Shown here piece by piece: positions 8,123-18,481 of a DNA stretch of 60,147 nt. The stretch is from a virus (lineage: Duplodnaviria > Caudoviricetes). Location of the stretch: IMG/VR virus record IMGVR_UViG_3300043485_000022, positions 1 to 60,147 of that record, one strand, 5' to 3'. The notes below the pieces were generated by a model, which ran no database searches, had not been told where the DNA came from, and worked only from the letters and a program-made list of their open reading frames with translations. Made by a program: the position numbers and the translations under genes. Each line of letters opens with the position of its first letter. Positions within the stretch are counted from its first letter, which is position 1.

Positions 8123-9637
8123 ATGGCTGTTCTAGACGCCAAGAGGCAAGACCCCTCCGTAGCACTCCCGCCTGCACCTGTCTCTCTAGACAGCCCTGCC
8201 GAGGCTCTATCCGTCAGCTTCACCTCCCTTGAAGACGACATCCGCAGGTCGGTCTATCAGCGCAACCCGGCTCTCTGGGCGAGGAAGAAGCTCAAGGCTC
8301 ACCTCTGGAGCCTACAGACCAAGATCATCGAATCTGTACGAGACAACCGCCGTACAGCCGTCAAGTCGTGCCATTCTGCCGGGAAATCGCACGTAGCAGC
8401 TATTCTGGCGGCTTGGTGGATCGAGTCTCACAAGCCCGGTGAAGCTTTTGTTATCACCTCTGCGCCGACAGCTCCACAAGTCCGAGCAATCCTGTGGCGC
8501 TATATCAACCGTCTACACGCGAGCGGCGGGCTCTCAGGTCGGTTGAACCAAACCGAGTGGTGGGCCAAGATGCCTGAAGGTCACGAGGAGATGGTTGCGT
8601 TTGGGCGGAAGCCTGCCGATATGGACGTTGCAGCGTTCCAGGGGATTCATGCTAAGTACGTGCTGGTGATTTTTGATGAAGGTGCGGGTATCCACAAGGA
8701 TCTGTTTGATCAAGCGGACTCGTTGATCTCTAATGAGTTCAGCCGAATGATCGTGATCGGCAACCCTGATGATCCTCAATCTCACTTCGCAACTGTTTGC
8801 AAGCCCGGGTCAGGTTGGAATGTCATCAAGATCTCAGCGTTTGACACGCCCAACTTCACAGGCGAACCAATTCCCGACTATCTGCGGCATGTGCTCGTCA
8901 GTCCCGTGTGGGTTGAGGAGAAGAAGAAGTCTTGGGGCGAAACAAACCCGCTCTACATAGCTAAGATCCTGGGTGAGTTCCCAGAACTATCTACAGATGG
9001 GCTGATTCCTATCTCGTGGATCAAAGCCGCGCAGGAGAGAACGATACAACCCAGCTTGCCAATTGAGCTGGGGGTTGATGTTGGTGGTGGTCGAGACAAG
9101 AGTGTCATTGCTGTTCGCAAGGGTGGATGGGTGCGGATACTCAAGCACCGCAAGACTCAAACACCCAACACAATGACAACACTGGGGAATGTTATTCTGG
9201 CTTTGAGAGAAGAAGACGCCTCTAAAGTCAAGATAGACGATATTGGAATCGGTCGTGGTGTGAAAGACAGGGCTGAAGAGATGGCTTCGGATCAGTCCTC
9301 TAGCGATGATGAACGGCGTGAAGCAAGCTTGATAGAAGGCGTGAACGTAGGCAGATCTGCTGTTGACACGAAGCAGTTTGTCAACCTTCGTGCTGAGGGC
9401 TACTGGAAACTACGTCAGATGTTCGAATCAGGACAGACTGACATTGATCCTGATGACGATGACCTTGCAGCTCAACTCGTGGACTTGAAGTGGAAAGCAA
9501 TCGGCGGTCGTATCCAGATCGAGAGTAAGGAAGAGATCCGCAAGCGCGGCAAGAACTCGCCTGATGATGCTGATGCTGTCATGCTGGTGTTTATAGATCC
9601 GCCTGAGAAAGAGAAAGTCCACACGCTAGGATGGTAA
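8123..9637 (+). CDS. terL: Terminase large subunit
   Basis: Walker A variant SCHSAGKS, Walker B VIFDEG, coupling motif IGNP, nuclease motifs LGVDVG and SPDDADA. Confidence 0.95.
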   Translation: MAVLDAKRQDPSVALPPAPVSLDSPAEALSVSFTSLEDDIRRSVYQRNPALWARKKLKAHLWSLQTKIIESVRDNRRTAVKSCHSAGKSHVAAILAAWWIESHKPGEAFVITSAPTAPQVRAILWRYINRLHASGGLSGRLNQTEWWAKMPEGHEEMVAFGRKPADMDVAAFQGIHAKYVLVIFDEGAGIHKDLFDQADSLISNEFSRMIVIGNPDDPQSHFATVCKPGSGWNVIKISAFDTPNFTGEPIPDYLRHVLVSPVWVEEKKKSWGETNPLYIAKILGEFPELSTDGLIPISWIKAAQERTIQPSLPIELGVDVGGGRDKSVIAVRKGGWVRILKHRKTQTPNTMTTLGNVILALREEDASKVKIDDIGIGRGVKDRAEEMASDQSSSDDERREASLIEGVNVGRSAVDTKQFVNLRAEGYWKLRQMFESGQTDIDPDDDDLAAQLVDLKWKAIGGRIQIESKEEIRKRGKNSPDDADAVMLVFIDPPEKEKVHTLGW

Positions 9638-9653
9638 CTTGAGGAGACAAGAC

Positions 9654-9866
9654 ATGACAAAGAAAGAAGCAACTCGAATTCTGATTACACATGCGGCTCG
9701 TTCTGTTTCTGGAACTGGCGCAGGATTGAGATCGTCAACTCAAGAATACGAGAAGAATCAAGTTAGAGAAGCTATTATCAAATTGTGGTCGGACGGCAAG
9801 TACGGTTATGGTCCGACTGAATCATATCTTTTCAATCTCGGTCTTGCAGGACTTAACACTATATAA
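9654..9866 (+). CDS. Small hypothetical protein between terL and portal
   Basis: GAGGAG SD and GACAAGAC directly before the ATG. Confidence 0.55.
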   Translation: MTKKEATRILITHAARSVSGTGAGLRSSTQEYEKNQVREAIIKLWSDGKYGYGPTESYLFNLGLAGLNTI

Positions 9867-9930
9867 CACCTCTCGTTCGTTGATATTACTCTCTGCTCAT
9901 GTTATACCTGTGAGTGGGAGACCGTCTATC

Positions 9931-11328
9931 TTGAGCCCGCATAACACGCCCACCAACGGCTCGCCCCAACTGGTCTCATCCCTCAGCGCGGCTGTCTCAC
10001 GGCTCATGTTTGCCTCCGAGCACGGCTTCGACTCATTCGACGGCAACCGGGATCTCTACAAGACCCTCGGATATAAGCAGAAGATCAGCTTGCAGGCGTA
10101 CCGTCAGCGGTACAAGCGCGGAGGAATTGCCAAGCGGATCGTCAACGCCATGCCGCGAGAGGCTTGGGCGGGTGGGGTTGACATCATCGAGAATGAAGAT
10201 GTTGAGGTCCACACGGAGTTTGAGCAGGACATCACGGCTCTGTTTGAAGATAACGATGTGATCACTCGAATGTTGCGGATTGACATCCTCGCAGGGCTTG
10301 GACAGTACGCGTTGGGGATCATCGGTGTTGATGACGGTCAGGAGCTTTCTGTCCCGCTCACGAAGCGAGTTGGACAGAAAGTGATCTATCTGACTCCGAT
10401 CATCCAAGAACGAGCGCGGATCAAGTCCTACGAAGAGAACAAATCTAGCAAGCGGTTTGGTCGTCCTCTGATCTATGGAGTGAACTTCAATCGCTCTAAG
10501 TCCTCTGGTGTCAAGGAGATGGAGGATGTTCATTGGACGCGAGTCCTGCACCATGTCCACAACCCTCTAGACGATGACATATTTGGAGACCCTGATCTAG
10601 AGGATGTCTATAATCTGTTTGATGATCTCTACAAGTTGATCGGTGGCGGATCTGAAGCTGCTTGGAAGCAGATGGTCAGCAAGACTCTGTTTGATATCGA
10701 CAAGGACGTCACGCTCGCAGGGACAGAACTAGAGAAGAAGCAGATTGTTGAGCAGAAAGAAGAAGAGCTAGAAGAGATGGTCAACGGTCTACGGCAGTTC
10801 ATGATGACTCGCGGGGTTACGCCCAAGACTTTCGGCGCGACCGTATACGACTTCTCCAGCAACGCTAATACGATCGTTCAGCACATCGCTGGCACCAAGG
10901 GGTTGCCCGTGCGGTACGTAATGGGCTCAGAGCGAGGTGAATTGGCGAGCGTTACCGACCGCGACATGATTAAGAATCGCGTGACGGAACACTGTAACGA
11001 TCATGCTATCCCGCTGGTGAGGCAGTTCGTGGACAGGATGATCGAATACGGTTTCGTGCGTCCGCCCGCTGCGAAGAAGTATAAGGTTGTCATGGGTGCG
11101 AGCATCAGCACCATGTCGGAGCAAGAGAAAGCTGATCTTGCCAACAAGCTCACAGAAGCGAATCTGAACCAGAAGCGAGCCGGGCAACCGCCGATCATGT
11201 CTGATAGTGAGATCCGTGACAAGGCCCATGGGTTGAAGCCTCTACCAGCAGCGAAGGTGGACACGATTCCAAATGCTGATCCTGTTGCCACGGCTGATCC
11301 TCCTGCCGCTGCTGGAGGTGGTGCGTGA
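9931..11328 (+). CDS. Portal protein (DUF1073-like)
   Basis: YKRGGIAKRIVNAMPREAW, VHWTRVLH and GSERGELAS motifs; follows terL. Start uncertain (ORF open from 9808). Confidence 0.88.
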   Translation: MSPHNTPTNGSPQLVSSLSAAVSRLMFASEHGFDSFDGNRDLYKTLGYKQKISLQAYRQRYKRGGIAKRIVNAMPREAWAGGVDIIENEDVEVHTEFEQDITALFEDNDVITRMLRIDILAGLGQYALGIIGVDDGQELSVPLTKRVGQKVIYLTPIIQERARIKSYEENKSSKRFGRPLIYGVNFNRSKSSGVKEMEDVHWTRVLHHVHNPLDDDIFGDPDLEDVYNLFDDLYKLIGGGSEAAWKQMVSKTLFDIDKDVTLAGTELEKKQIVEQKEEELEEMVNGLRQFMMTRGVTPKTFGATVYDFSSNANTIVQHIAGTKGLPVRYVMGSERGELASVTDRDMIKNRVTEHCNDHAIPLVRQFVDRMIEYGFVRPPAAKKYKVVMGASISTMSEQEKADLANKLTEANLNQKRAGQPPIMSDSEIRDKAHGLKPLPAAKVDTIPNADPVATADPPAAAGGGA

Positions 11329-13061
11329 GGCCCTTGCTCGGAACATCGAAGGTGGACAAGTCTGCTGATCAACCTGCTCGCACATACGAGTACCGGCTTG
11401 AGACGTATCAGATCAACGGCTCGCTGCTTAGAACAGAACAGTTCAACGGTCGCGACTACATCGTCTGTCCAGTCGTGTCCATGCTTGGCGACACGGTTGT
11501 CTGGTCCGTCACGGCTCCCGCGCCTGAGTTCGTCCCTGCGCAAGTCGTCTACATTGCCTCGCAAGGGTGGAACTACCGACCTGTCGTGATGAACCACCCC
11601 CAGGTTGATGGCGAATATGTGTCGGCGAATAGTCCTGCTGTTCTTGAGCAGAACTGTTTCGGGTTTGTGTTCAACGCTGACTATACTGATAAGGATCAGC
11701 TGTTGGTCGAGGCTTGGTTAGACCCCACAAGTGCTGAGACAGTGGGACCTGAAGCTGTTGACGTGATCGCTCGACTGCAAGCCGGTGAGATCGTCGAGGT
11801 TTCAAACGGTCAGTACGTGATCATGTCTATGCAGGAAGGCAAGACGATCACTGGACAGGAATACTACGCGGTCTGGGAGCAGGTCGTCCCTGATCATCTT
11901 GCTATGCTCGGGCAAGGGTCTGTCGGTGCGTGTAGCATCGAGATGGGCTGCGGGGCTAATCGTGTGTTGGTTCAGAAAGAGAACGTCATCCAAGTAACTC
12001 AGGGGGCTGTCAGACCTTTGATCGTCCCACAGGATAATAGATCGGAGGTCAAAGTGGCTGCAAGCGAGATCGAAGACAAGCCAAAAGAAAATCAGCAGCA
12101 GAGAGTTGGATTGTTTGATCGATTGATGGCAAAGATCAGATCATCAATGTCGAACAATGATCTACGCTTTAAGCTTTACAAGGCTTTGTCTGACATCGAG
12201 CCTGTTGAGTACGTGGATGATGAAGACGTAGACACTAAGACTGTCCGCTATGTCGTGGTTGTCAGATATGGCGACTATTGGATGGACGACTGGAAACCGG
12301 AATACCACTACTACCAGCGGACTTTCTCGGCAGATGCTGCTGAAAACGTGACTATCAATGACGATCGAATCGAGCTAGAATACTTCGAAGGGTGGAAGCC
12401 GAAAGCTGAGAGCACTACTGCGGCTGCCGATCCAACCCTCAGCGATGCGATCGATCAATCCACCATGAGTGATCAAGTTCAAGACCCTCACGTCTCAGAA
12501 GATACCCATTCAACCTGTGCCTGTAAGGGAGGAACCATGGCAAACGCGACCGCAAACACGAACTCTGCTCGACTGCTGGGTGATAACGGCAAGCCTGATG
12601 ATGACAAGAAGAAGGAAGGTGATCAGGTCCCCGCCGCTGCTCCTGCTGCTCCTGAGGCTCAGCAGCCTGTTCAGCCTGCACAGCCTGCTATCCCTGTCGC
12701 GACCACCAACACCGTAGAGATCGATCAGGAGGAGCTGAAGACCCTTCGACAGATGGCTGCCCGCTACCAGCAGCAGGAGAACAAGAAGCGTGACGCTCTC
12801 GTCTCGGTGCTCAAGGGAGCTACCAAGTTCACTGAGGATCGGCTGAAGCAGATGCCGCTTGACGATCTGACCGTGCTTGCTGAGACGGTTGGTGTCGGCG
12901 AGAGTGCCAAGTCGAGCCGCACGGTGGACTATTCCGCTTCCCGCTTCATCGGTGAGGGCGAGGACATCTCCACTGACGACGAGAGCAGCGCGCCTGTCAT
13001 GCCGAAGCTCAGCGACATGATTAAGAACCGTGCGAACGGCGGACAGAGTAAGACCAACTGA
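11325..13061 (+). CDS. Prohead protease (DUF2213-like) fused to scaffold
   Basis: RPVVMNHP, EVSNG and PDHLAML...GACS...GCG motifs; C-terminal coiled-coil scaffold region. Confidence 0.85.
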   Translation: MRPLLGTSKVDKSADQPARTYEYRLETYQINGSLLRTEQFNGRDYIVCPVVSMLGDTVVWSVTAPAPEFVPAQVVYIASQGWNYRPVVMNHPQVDGEYVSANSPAVLEQNCFGFVFNADYTDKDQLLVEAWLDPTSAETVGPEAVDVIARLQAGEIVEVSNGQYVIMSMQEGKTITGQEYYAVWEQVVPDHLAMLGQGSVGACSIEMGCGANRVLVQKENVIQVTQGAVRPLIVPQDNRSEVKVAASEIEDKPKENQQQRVGLFDRLMAKIRSSMSNNDLRFKLYKALSDIEPVEYVDDEDVDTKTVRYVVVVRYGDYWMDDWKPEYHYYQRTFSADAAENVTINDDRIELEYFEGWKPKAESTTAAADPTLSDAIDQSTMSDQVQDPHVSEDTHSTCACKGGTMANATANTNSARLLGDNGKPDDDKKKEGDQVPAAAPAAPEAQQPVQPAQPAIPVATTNTVEIDQEELKTLRQMAARYQQQENKKRDALVSVLKGATKFTEDRLKQMPLDDLTVLAETVGVGESAKSSRTVDYSASRFIGEGEDISTDDESSAPVMPKLSDMIKNRANGGQSKTN

Positions 13062-13108
13062 GACAAGATCTATCAACCCGAACTTGATCTGTAAGGAGGA
13101 ATCACTAG

Positions 13109-13561
13109 ATGGCAAGCCACGTTATCGCACTCAGAGGTGAACCGATCGTTGACGAGCAGAACACTGCTTCGGAAGCGATTACCCCTGGCATGCTCTGTCA
13201 GACCAATCTGCCTGCGTTGGGACAGGTCCGCAAGCACGCTACCGCTGCTGCCAATGCTGCTCCTCTGTTCGCTCTTGAGCGGGACGAGATGGGTAAGACG
13301 ATTGACACTGCCTATGCAATCGGTGATCGCGTCAAGCTGGGCAGATTCGCTCCTGGTGATGGTGTCAACGCTCTTGTCGGAGCTGGGCAAACCCTGACCG
13401 GGGTTGAGTTCCTGGAATCCGCTGGAGATGGTACTCTGCGGGCGGTTGTTACTGACGCCTCCACCGATGACACCCAGCGCAATGCAATCGTGGCACGGTC
13501 TGCCGAGAGCACGGGTGGGGCTACGGCTGGTGTCACGCGGCATCGAGTTGTGATCGTCTAA
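13109..13561 (+). CDS. Capsid decoration/cement protein
   Basis: AITPGML motif; lies between protease and capsid; strong SD. Confidence 0.75.
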   Translation: MASHVIALRGEPIVDEQNTASEAITPGMLCQTNLPALGQVRKHATAAANAAPLFALERDEMGKTIDTAYAIGDRVKLGRFAPGDGVNALVGAGQTLTGVEFLESAGDGTLRAVVTDASTDDTQRNAIVARSAESTGGATAGVTRHRVVIV

Positions 13562-13618
13562 ACGTGTTCATCAATCATCAATCGACATTCCACATAAGAG
13601 GGGAGAAAGGATCAATCA

Positions 13619-14659
13619 ATGAGTAGCGAAGCACTGGTACAGGGAGGTAATGCGTTCGTCAACTCTGCCGTAGTTGGGGGGCAGTGGGCTGGAAAGCGAC
13701 TGCTCAAAGCACTCGCTGAAGGTCGGGAGCTGTCGCCGGCTGAACTCCGCTCTTGCGACACCCTCCGTCGTGACGAGTGGATCGAAATCGATACCACGGT
13801 CGTCGAGGAAGCTGGACTGCGGCTGCGAGGGGTTGCTGACCTGATTGGCGCTGGGCTGACTCGTCCGATCCCCAACGCGATGGGCAAAACCCTTCTCGAA
13901 TACTCGGGTATCGGTGACATGGACGACGCTGTTGTGTCGATGGATGGGCTGGCTCGCTCTGACAACGATCGGGTCGAGTTCGGCGCGAACAATGTCCCTC
14001 TGCCGATCACCCACAAGGACTTCAACATTGGCATCAGAACCCTCGCGGCGAGCCGTTCTGGTGGTCGTTCCAGCTCCACTGTACGCGAGGGGCTCGACAC
14101 CACGCAGATCCGCATCAGCACTCGCAAGGTCTCCGAGATGTTGGAGCGGATGTTGTTCAAGGGTGGTGCGAAGTTCGGCGGGTCTACTATCTACGGCTAC
14201 ACGACTCACCCGCAGCGCAACACGGGCGGGTTCGGCACCAACGGCAACTGGGCTCAGGTTGCCAAGACCGGCGACAACATGCTCGCTGATCTGCTGACGA
14301 TGAAAGCGGCCATGATCGCTGATGGCTTCCCTGGTCCCTACTGGCTTTATAGTGGGACGGACTACTCAGTCGTGCTGGACAAGAACTTCGTCGCCAACTA
14401 CCCCGGCTCGATTCGTGATCGTCTGCTCGGCATCGATGGGCTCACCAAGATCGAGTTCAGTGATCAGCTCGCCGCCAACACTCTCGTGATGGTCCAGGCC
14501 ACACCTGATGTCATCCAGTGGGGCATGGGCGAAGACATTCAGCCCGTGCAGTGGGACATCTATGGTGGGTTCGGGATCGCTTTCAAGGTGTTCGCGATTC
14601 AGATCCCGATCATCCGTAGCACGCAGAGTGGCAAGTCCGGCATCTTTCATATGAGCTAA
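13619..14659 (+). CDS. Major capsid protein (HK97 fold, encapsulin/linocin-M18-like subgroup)
   Basis: TLRRDEWIEIDTTVV, PLPITHKDF and YGYTTHPQRNT patterns; synteny. Confidence 0.88.
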   Translation: MSSEALVQGGNAFVNSAVVGGQWAGKRLLKALAEGRELSPAELRSCDTLRRDEWIEIDTTVVEEAGLRLRGVADLIGAGLTRPIPNAMGKTLLEYSGIGDMDDAVVSMDGLARSDNDRVEFGANNVPLPITHKDFNIGIRTLAASRSGGRSSSTVREGLDTTQIRISTRKVSEMLERMLFKGGAKFGGSTIYGYTTHPQRNTGGFGTNGNWAQVAKTGDNMLADLLTMKAAMIADGFPGPYWLYSGTDYSVVLDKNFVANYPGSIRDRLLGIDGLTKIEFSDQLAANTLVMVQATPDVIQWGMGEDIQPVQWDIYGGFGIAFKVFAIQIPIIRSTQSGKSGIFHMS

Positions 14660-14697
14660 CTGTCAAGAGACTGAGAGATAGAAGGGAGCAAAGCAAC

Positions 14698-15297
14698 ATG
14701 GGAACCAGTCAGTACAAGCTGAGAGAGGGTTTCAGGCACTTCGTCTCTGTCACGGATGAGAAAGGTGCTGTCGTGTCGAGTCGTCGGATGGAAGCAGGCG
14801 AGACCGTCGAGCTGGACGACGACCGCGTGCGTGAGGCTAATCTGCTCGACAGGTTCGAGAAGGTTGAGGGCGGTGAAGACAAGACCGTCGTCAGCATCCC
14901 GCCTGATCCGACCCGCTTCACCCGCTCCGAGAAGTCTGATCATCAAGTGGCGGTCGTGACGGAAGGTGACGGGGATGAGACTGTGCTCAGCGACAGCGAC
15001 GAGGACATCAACGAAGGTGCGCCGACCGAGGGGACGAATCGCGAGCTGGTCAATGGGGCTGGACTGGCTCCTGCGGGTCCTGGGGGAGCTGCTGCGGGCA
15101 CATCGGCTGCCAACAGTACCTCCGCCCCTGCTAATCAGTCCGTGGGCGAGATGACGGTCCCTCAGGCCAAGACATACATCAACTCTCTGGGCACCAAGGT
15201 CGAGGTCCGCAAGGTGCTTGACTACGAGAAAGCCAACCTTCAGCGGCAGGGCGTGATCACGGCTGCTGAGACCCGTATGCAGCAGCTCGACAAGTGA
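14698..15297 (+). CDS. Head-associated hypothetical protein
   Basis: Follows capsid; small helical C-terminal domain (E..N..R.GVI.A). Confidence 0.6.
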   Translation: MGTSQYKLREGFRHFVSVTDEKGAVVSSRRMEAGETVELDDDRVREANLLDRFEKVEGGEDKTVVSIPPDPTRFTRSEKSDHQVAVVTEGDGDETVLSDSDEDINEGAPTEGTNRELVNGAGLAPAGPGGAAAGTSAANSTSAPANQSVGEMTVPQAKTYINSLGTKVEVRKVLDYEKANLQRQGVITAAETRMQQLDK

Positions 15298-15346
15298 TCC
15301 ACTAGACAAGACAAGACAAAGCTTCAAGAACTGTTGAGGACAAGAC

Positions 15347-15748
15347 ATGAGTCAAAACGATAGTGATAGCAGTAGTGGGGGGATCAACCCTTCAGGACGT
15401 CCAGCGGCGCAGTACATCCCGACATTCGTCCGCAGATCACCACGCCGCCGAGATGACATCAAAGCTCCGTGCGATCGGATCCAGATCACTGACCTGCGGG
15501 ATGAGCCTGTCAAGGGGGGTAAGGACGGACGGATCAAGATCGAACTCATCAGACAGGTGTATGACGGGCCTGGACAGTCAACCGGTATCGAAGTTGAGGA
15601 GTGCTACTTGAGCGGACCTGGAGAGTCTTTCTACGCGAGCAATGCTCAGACTGGCAAAACGGTACAAGCAATTACGTGGCAAGAGGCAGATGAAGCCGAC
15701 AACAAGCCTGAAGACAAGCCGATGAGACGACCGCAGTTCCGCGTATGA
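15347..15748 (+). CDS. Hypothetical protein
   Basis: GAGGA SD with GACAAGAC-ATG. Confidence 0.6.
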   Translation: MSQNDSDSSSGGINPSGRPAAQYIPTFVRRSPRRRDDIKAPCDRIQITDLRDEPVKGGKDGRIKIELIRQVYDGPGQSTGIEVEECYLSGPGESFYASNAQTGKTVQAITWQEADEADNKPEDKPMRRPQFRV

Positions 15749-15958
15749 CAAGACAGGAGATCAGAGAAAATGTTACACCTCACTTTTGATACCGGAATTC
15801 CCTCTTTCGGTCGTCTCATTGTTACGCCGTTTGGTCTGGCAACTGTCCAACGATTCTATGAAAACGGGTCTGTGGACATCTACATTGGAGGCGGACGAAC
15901 TTTCAATGTGCCCGGATCTACGAGTTGGAGATCTGTGTAAGTAGAAGGCGACACGCTA

Positions 15959-16552
15959 ATGGCTCTCAATCCCACACCTGGAGACTCGGAAGCTAACACC
16001 TACGCTGATCTAACGTACTTCAAGTCTTATCTACAGTCGAGACATCCCAATCTTGATTGGTTTGACGACGCTGTTGCTGGGTTGATCGATCCAGAGCTTG
16101 AATCCTTACTAGTGCTCAGCGCGCAGGTGCTTGATCTGTCTTTTAACTGGACGGGAGCAGCGACAAGTCAAGATCAGGCAATGGCTTGGTACCGCACAGG
16201 GATGTTGAATCGCAATGGATACTTGATCGCCAGCAACGTAATCCCTTCTGAGATCTTGCGTGCTCAGTGCGAGCTGGCTGTCCTGCTACACGAGACTCCG
16301 GATCTGTTCAGCGAGAGCCAAGCTGCCAGAACAGGCGTCAAGAAGGTAGATGCGGACGGGACCAGTGTAGAGTTTCAAGCTCAGAAGACAGACCGCAGCT
16401 ATCTGGAGTTTGTCTCGCTCAGGTCGTCCCGCGATTATGCCTACTTGCAAGTGCCAATGGTGGTCAGGTTGATGCTCGTACCGTCTTGGTACAGTGAGGT
16501 TGATCTGACAGTCACAGACGACACGTCAACATTTCTGTTCGAGGTGTTATAA
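15959..16552 (+). CDS. Head-tail adaptor (DnaT-like phage family)
   Basis: ANTYADL, Q.MAW.R and IP.EI..AQCELA motifs. Confidence 0.78.
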   Translation: MALNPTPGDSEANTYADLTYFKSYLQSRHPNLDWFDDAVAGLIDPELESLLVLSAQVLDLSFNWTGAATSQDQAMAWYRTGMLNRNGYLIASNVIPSEILRAQCELAVLLHETPDLFSESQAARTGVKKVDADGTSVEFQAQKTDRSYLEFVSLRSSRDYAYLQVPMVVRLMLVPSWYSEVDLTVTDDTSTFLFEVL

Positions 16553-16954
16553 GTGGCTTTCCCTGCTGAGATCCTTCGCGACGGTGTGAAGACGATTAAG
16601 GATCTCACGGGTGGGATTCAAGTCGTCGTGCAGCACCGGGCATGGCAAGGCTACACCGACGCGAGTGGAACAGAATCATTCTCGGATCCAATCTCACGCA
16701 AGTGTATCGTCTCGACGCAACAGAAAGAGTTACAGACTACCTCAGGCGAGACTGTAACCGTTATGGCTACGCTGAACTTTCTGGGCGATGTCGAACCGAA
16801 CGGAGCTATTGGACGGAAAGAACCCTTTGATCCGCGAGATATCATCATTCTACCGGACGGTTTCACAGGACCGATCGTTGATACTCCGAGCGGAGTGATG
16901 GACCCGAAGACGAATCGAGGTTTTACTCACAAAGTTATGCTCGGCAAACCCTGA
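16553..16954 (+). CDS. Head closure/stopper protein
   Basis: Synteny after the adaptor; DPRDIIILPDG. Confidence 0.65.
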   Translation: MAFPAEILRDGVKTIKDLTGGIQVVVQHRAWQGYTDASGTESFSDPISRKCIVSTQQKELQTTSGETVTVMATLNFLGDVEPNGAIGRKEPFDPRDIIILPDGFTGPIVDTPSGVMDPKTNRGFTHKVMLGKP

Positions 16955-17001
16955 TAATCAATTCACAGCTCGCAACCCTTCACAAGGAGGCTATTTACAC
17001 C

Positions 17002-17493
17002 ATGCCGCACACAGGTTCAGTTCAAACCAAGATCAATTCCAAGCTCACTGGCACCAGTCTGCTTGGCAGCCCCGCAGACCCGCTCGATTTCGTGTTCACG
17101 GTTGACATGCCCAACGGAACCGGAGCGGGACAGGCGAACTACCGCTTTGCCGATCTGCGCACGCTCAACGCTGCCGCTAACGAAGATCTCGACTTGGCTG
17201 GAGGTCTCACGGGTTCTCTCGGTGGCACCTTGACCTTCACCAAGATCAAGTACCTGGGTATCTTCGCCCCAGTCACCAACTCGGGCAACCTTGTTGTCAG
17301 TCGTCCTGCTGCTAACGGTGTCGCTATCTTCGCAGCGGCGAGTGACGCACTAACGGTCACTCCCGGCGGCAAGTTCGAGTGGAGTGATCCGACTGGTGTT
17401 ACGGTTACTCCTGCCACCGGGGATCTGATCAACGTCAGCAATCCTGGTGGTGCTCAGTCGAAGTACAATGTTGTCATCATCGGGACTGTCTAA
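17002..17493 (+). CDS. Virion structural protein, beta-rich
   Basis: Gly/Thr/Ala-rich; AAGGAGG SD; neck/tail region. Confidence 0.6.
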   Translation: MPHTGSVQTKINSKLTGTSLLGSPADPLDFVFTVDMPNGTGAGQANYRFADLRTLNAAANEDLDLAGGLTGSLGGTLTFTKIKYLGIFAPVTNSGNLVVSRPAANGVAIFAAASDALTVTPGGKFEWSDPTGVTVTPATGDLINVSNPGGAQSKYNVVIIGTV

Positions 17494-17552
17494 CCTGTCA
17501 AACTGTCAACTGATCTCATGACTTGACCAATAGAAGGAGGAATTAACAACCC

Positions 17553-18002
17553 ATGGCAACTGGACACGGATCACTTATAGCAGCGGAAGTGGACCCGTCA
17601 TTGGCACCTGATGTGTTTCAAACAGTCGGGGATCTTGTCGGGGACATCTCACAGAAGTGGAACTTGGGGGGCACAGAAAACACCCCTCACAACCTCAGCG
17701 CCTCGACATACGAACCTGATGCGGTCCTAGAGATGGACGAGATATCGATCGAGGTCAACTATCGCTACGGGAACGCCGGTGCTTATCATATGATTCTTCG
17801 CAACCACTTCCTGAACAAGCGGACGTTCAAGATTCGTCTGCGAGGTCCCGGAGGCACCACCAACAGCGATGAGGTGATTTACTCGGGATATCTCAGCTCG
17901 TGGCAGGAGGTCAACCCGCGCAAGACGGGCTCTCGCAAGGCTACGGGGATGTTTCGTCCGTCAGGCCCGTTTATCGTGGACGGTGTGACCTACGGGGCTT
18001 AA
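17553..18002 (+). CDS. Major tail tube protein
   Basis: Size, position, ISIEVNY and terminal FRPSGP pattern. Confidence 0.72.
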   Translation: MATGHGSLIAAEVDPSLAPDVFQTVGDLVGDISQKWNLGGTENTPHNLSASTYEPDAVLEMDEISIEVNYRYGNAGAYHMILRNHFLNKRTFKIRLRGPGGTTNSDEVIYSGYLSSWQEVNPRKTGSRKATGMFRPSGPFIVDGVTYGA

Positions 18003-18047
18003 ACCGTCTCGTAAGACAAGACAAGACAACGTGTCAGGACAAGTCTC

Positions 18048-18479
18048 ATGAGTGATGTCAACTTCACATTCAAGGGCAGTAAGCAACTAGCAGATAAGCT
18101 CAAGTCGCTAGAGAAAGAAGCTAAGCGGAAGTCCAAAGCAGCTGTTCTGAACGAGTCCTACGCGATCATGGAAGACAGCCGCGAGAACTACGTGCCTGTT
18201 GACATGGGTGACTTGAAAGCCTCTGGGCGGGTCGAGCAGAACGTCCGTGGCAACAATATCTCGGTCTCGCTGGTCTATGGAGATGAGAAGACAGATCCGT
18301 ATGCGCTCGCGGTACATGAGCATCCTTCAGAGTTCAGTCCGCCGTCGTGGCAAGGGGTGGAGGTCAAGTTCAGCCCGACAGGTCACGGCCCCAAGTATTT
18401 AGAGCGGCCGGTCAAAGCGGCTGTGAAGGGGATGCGTGAGAGACTTGCCGAGGATATGAAGCTTGACGGTGGAGGATAA
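18048..18479 (+). CDS. HK97 gp10-like tail completion protein
   Basis: VPVDMGDLKAS, YALAVHE and PKYLERP motifs. Confidence 0.8.
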   Translation: MSDVNFTFKGSKQLADKLKSLEKEAKRKSKAAVLNESYAIMEDSRENYVPVDMGDLKASGRVEQNVRGNNISVSLVYGDEKTDPYALAVHEHPSEFSPPSWQGVEVKFSPTGHGPKYLERPVKAAVKGMRERLAEDMKLDGGG

Positions 18480-18481
18480 GG

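Noticed and set aside
13619-14659. Encapsulin nanocompartment interpretation of the capsid gene
   Set aside because: It sits in a complete head module with portal, protease and terminase, so it is the phage capsid.
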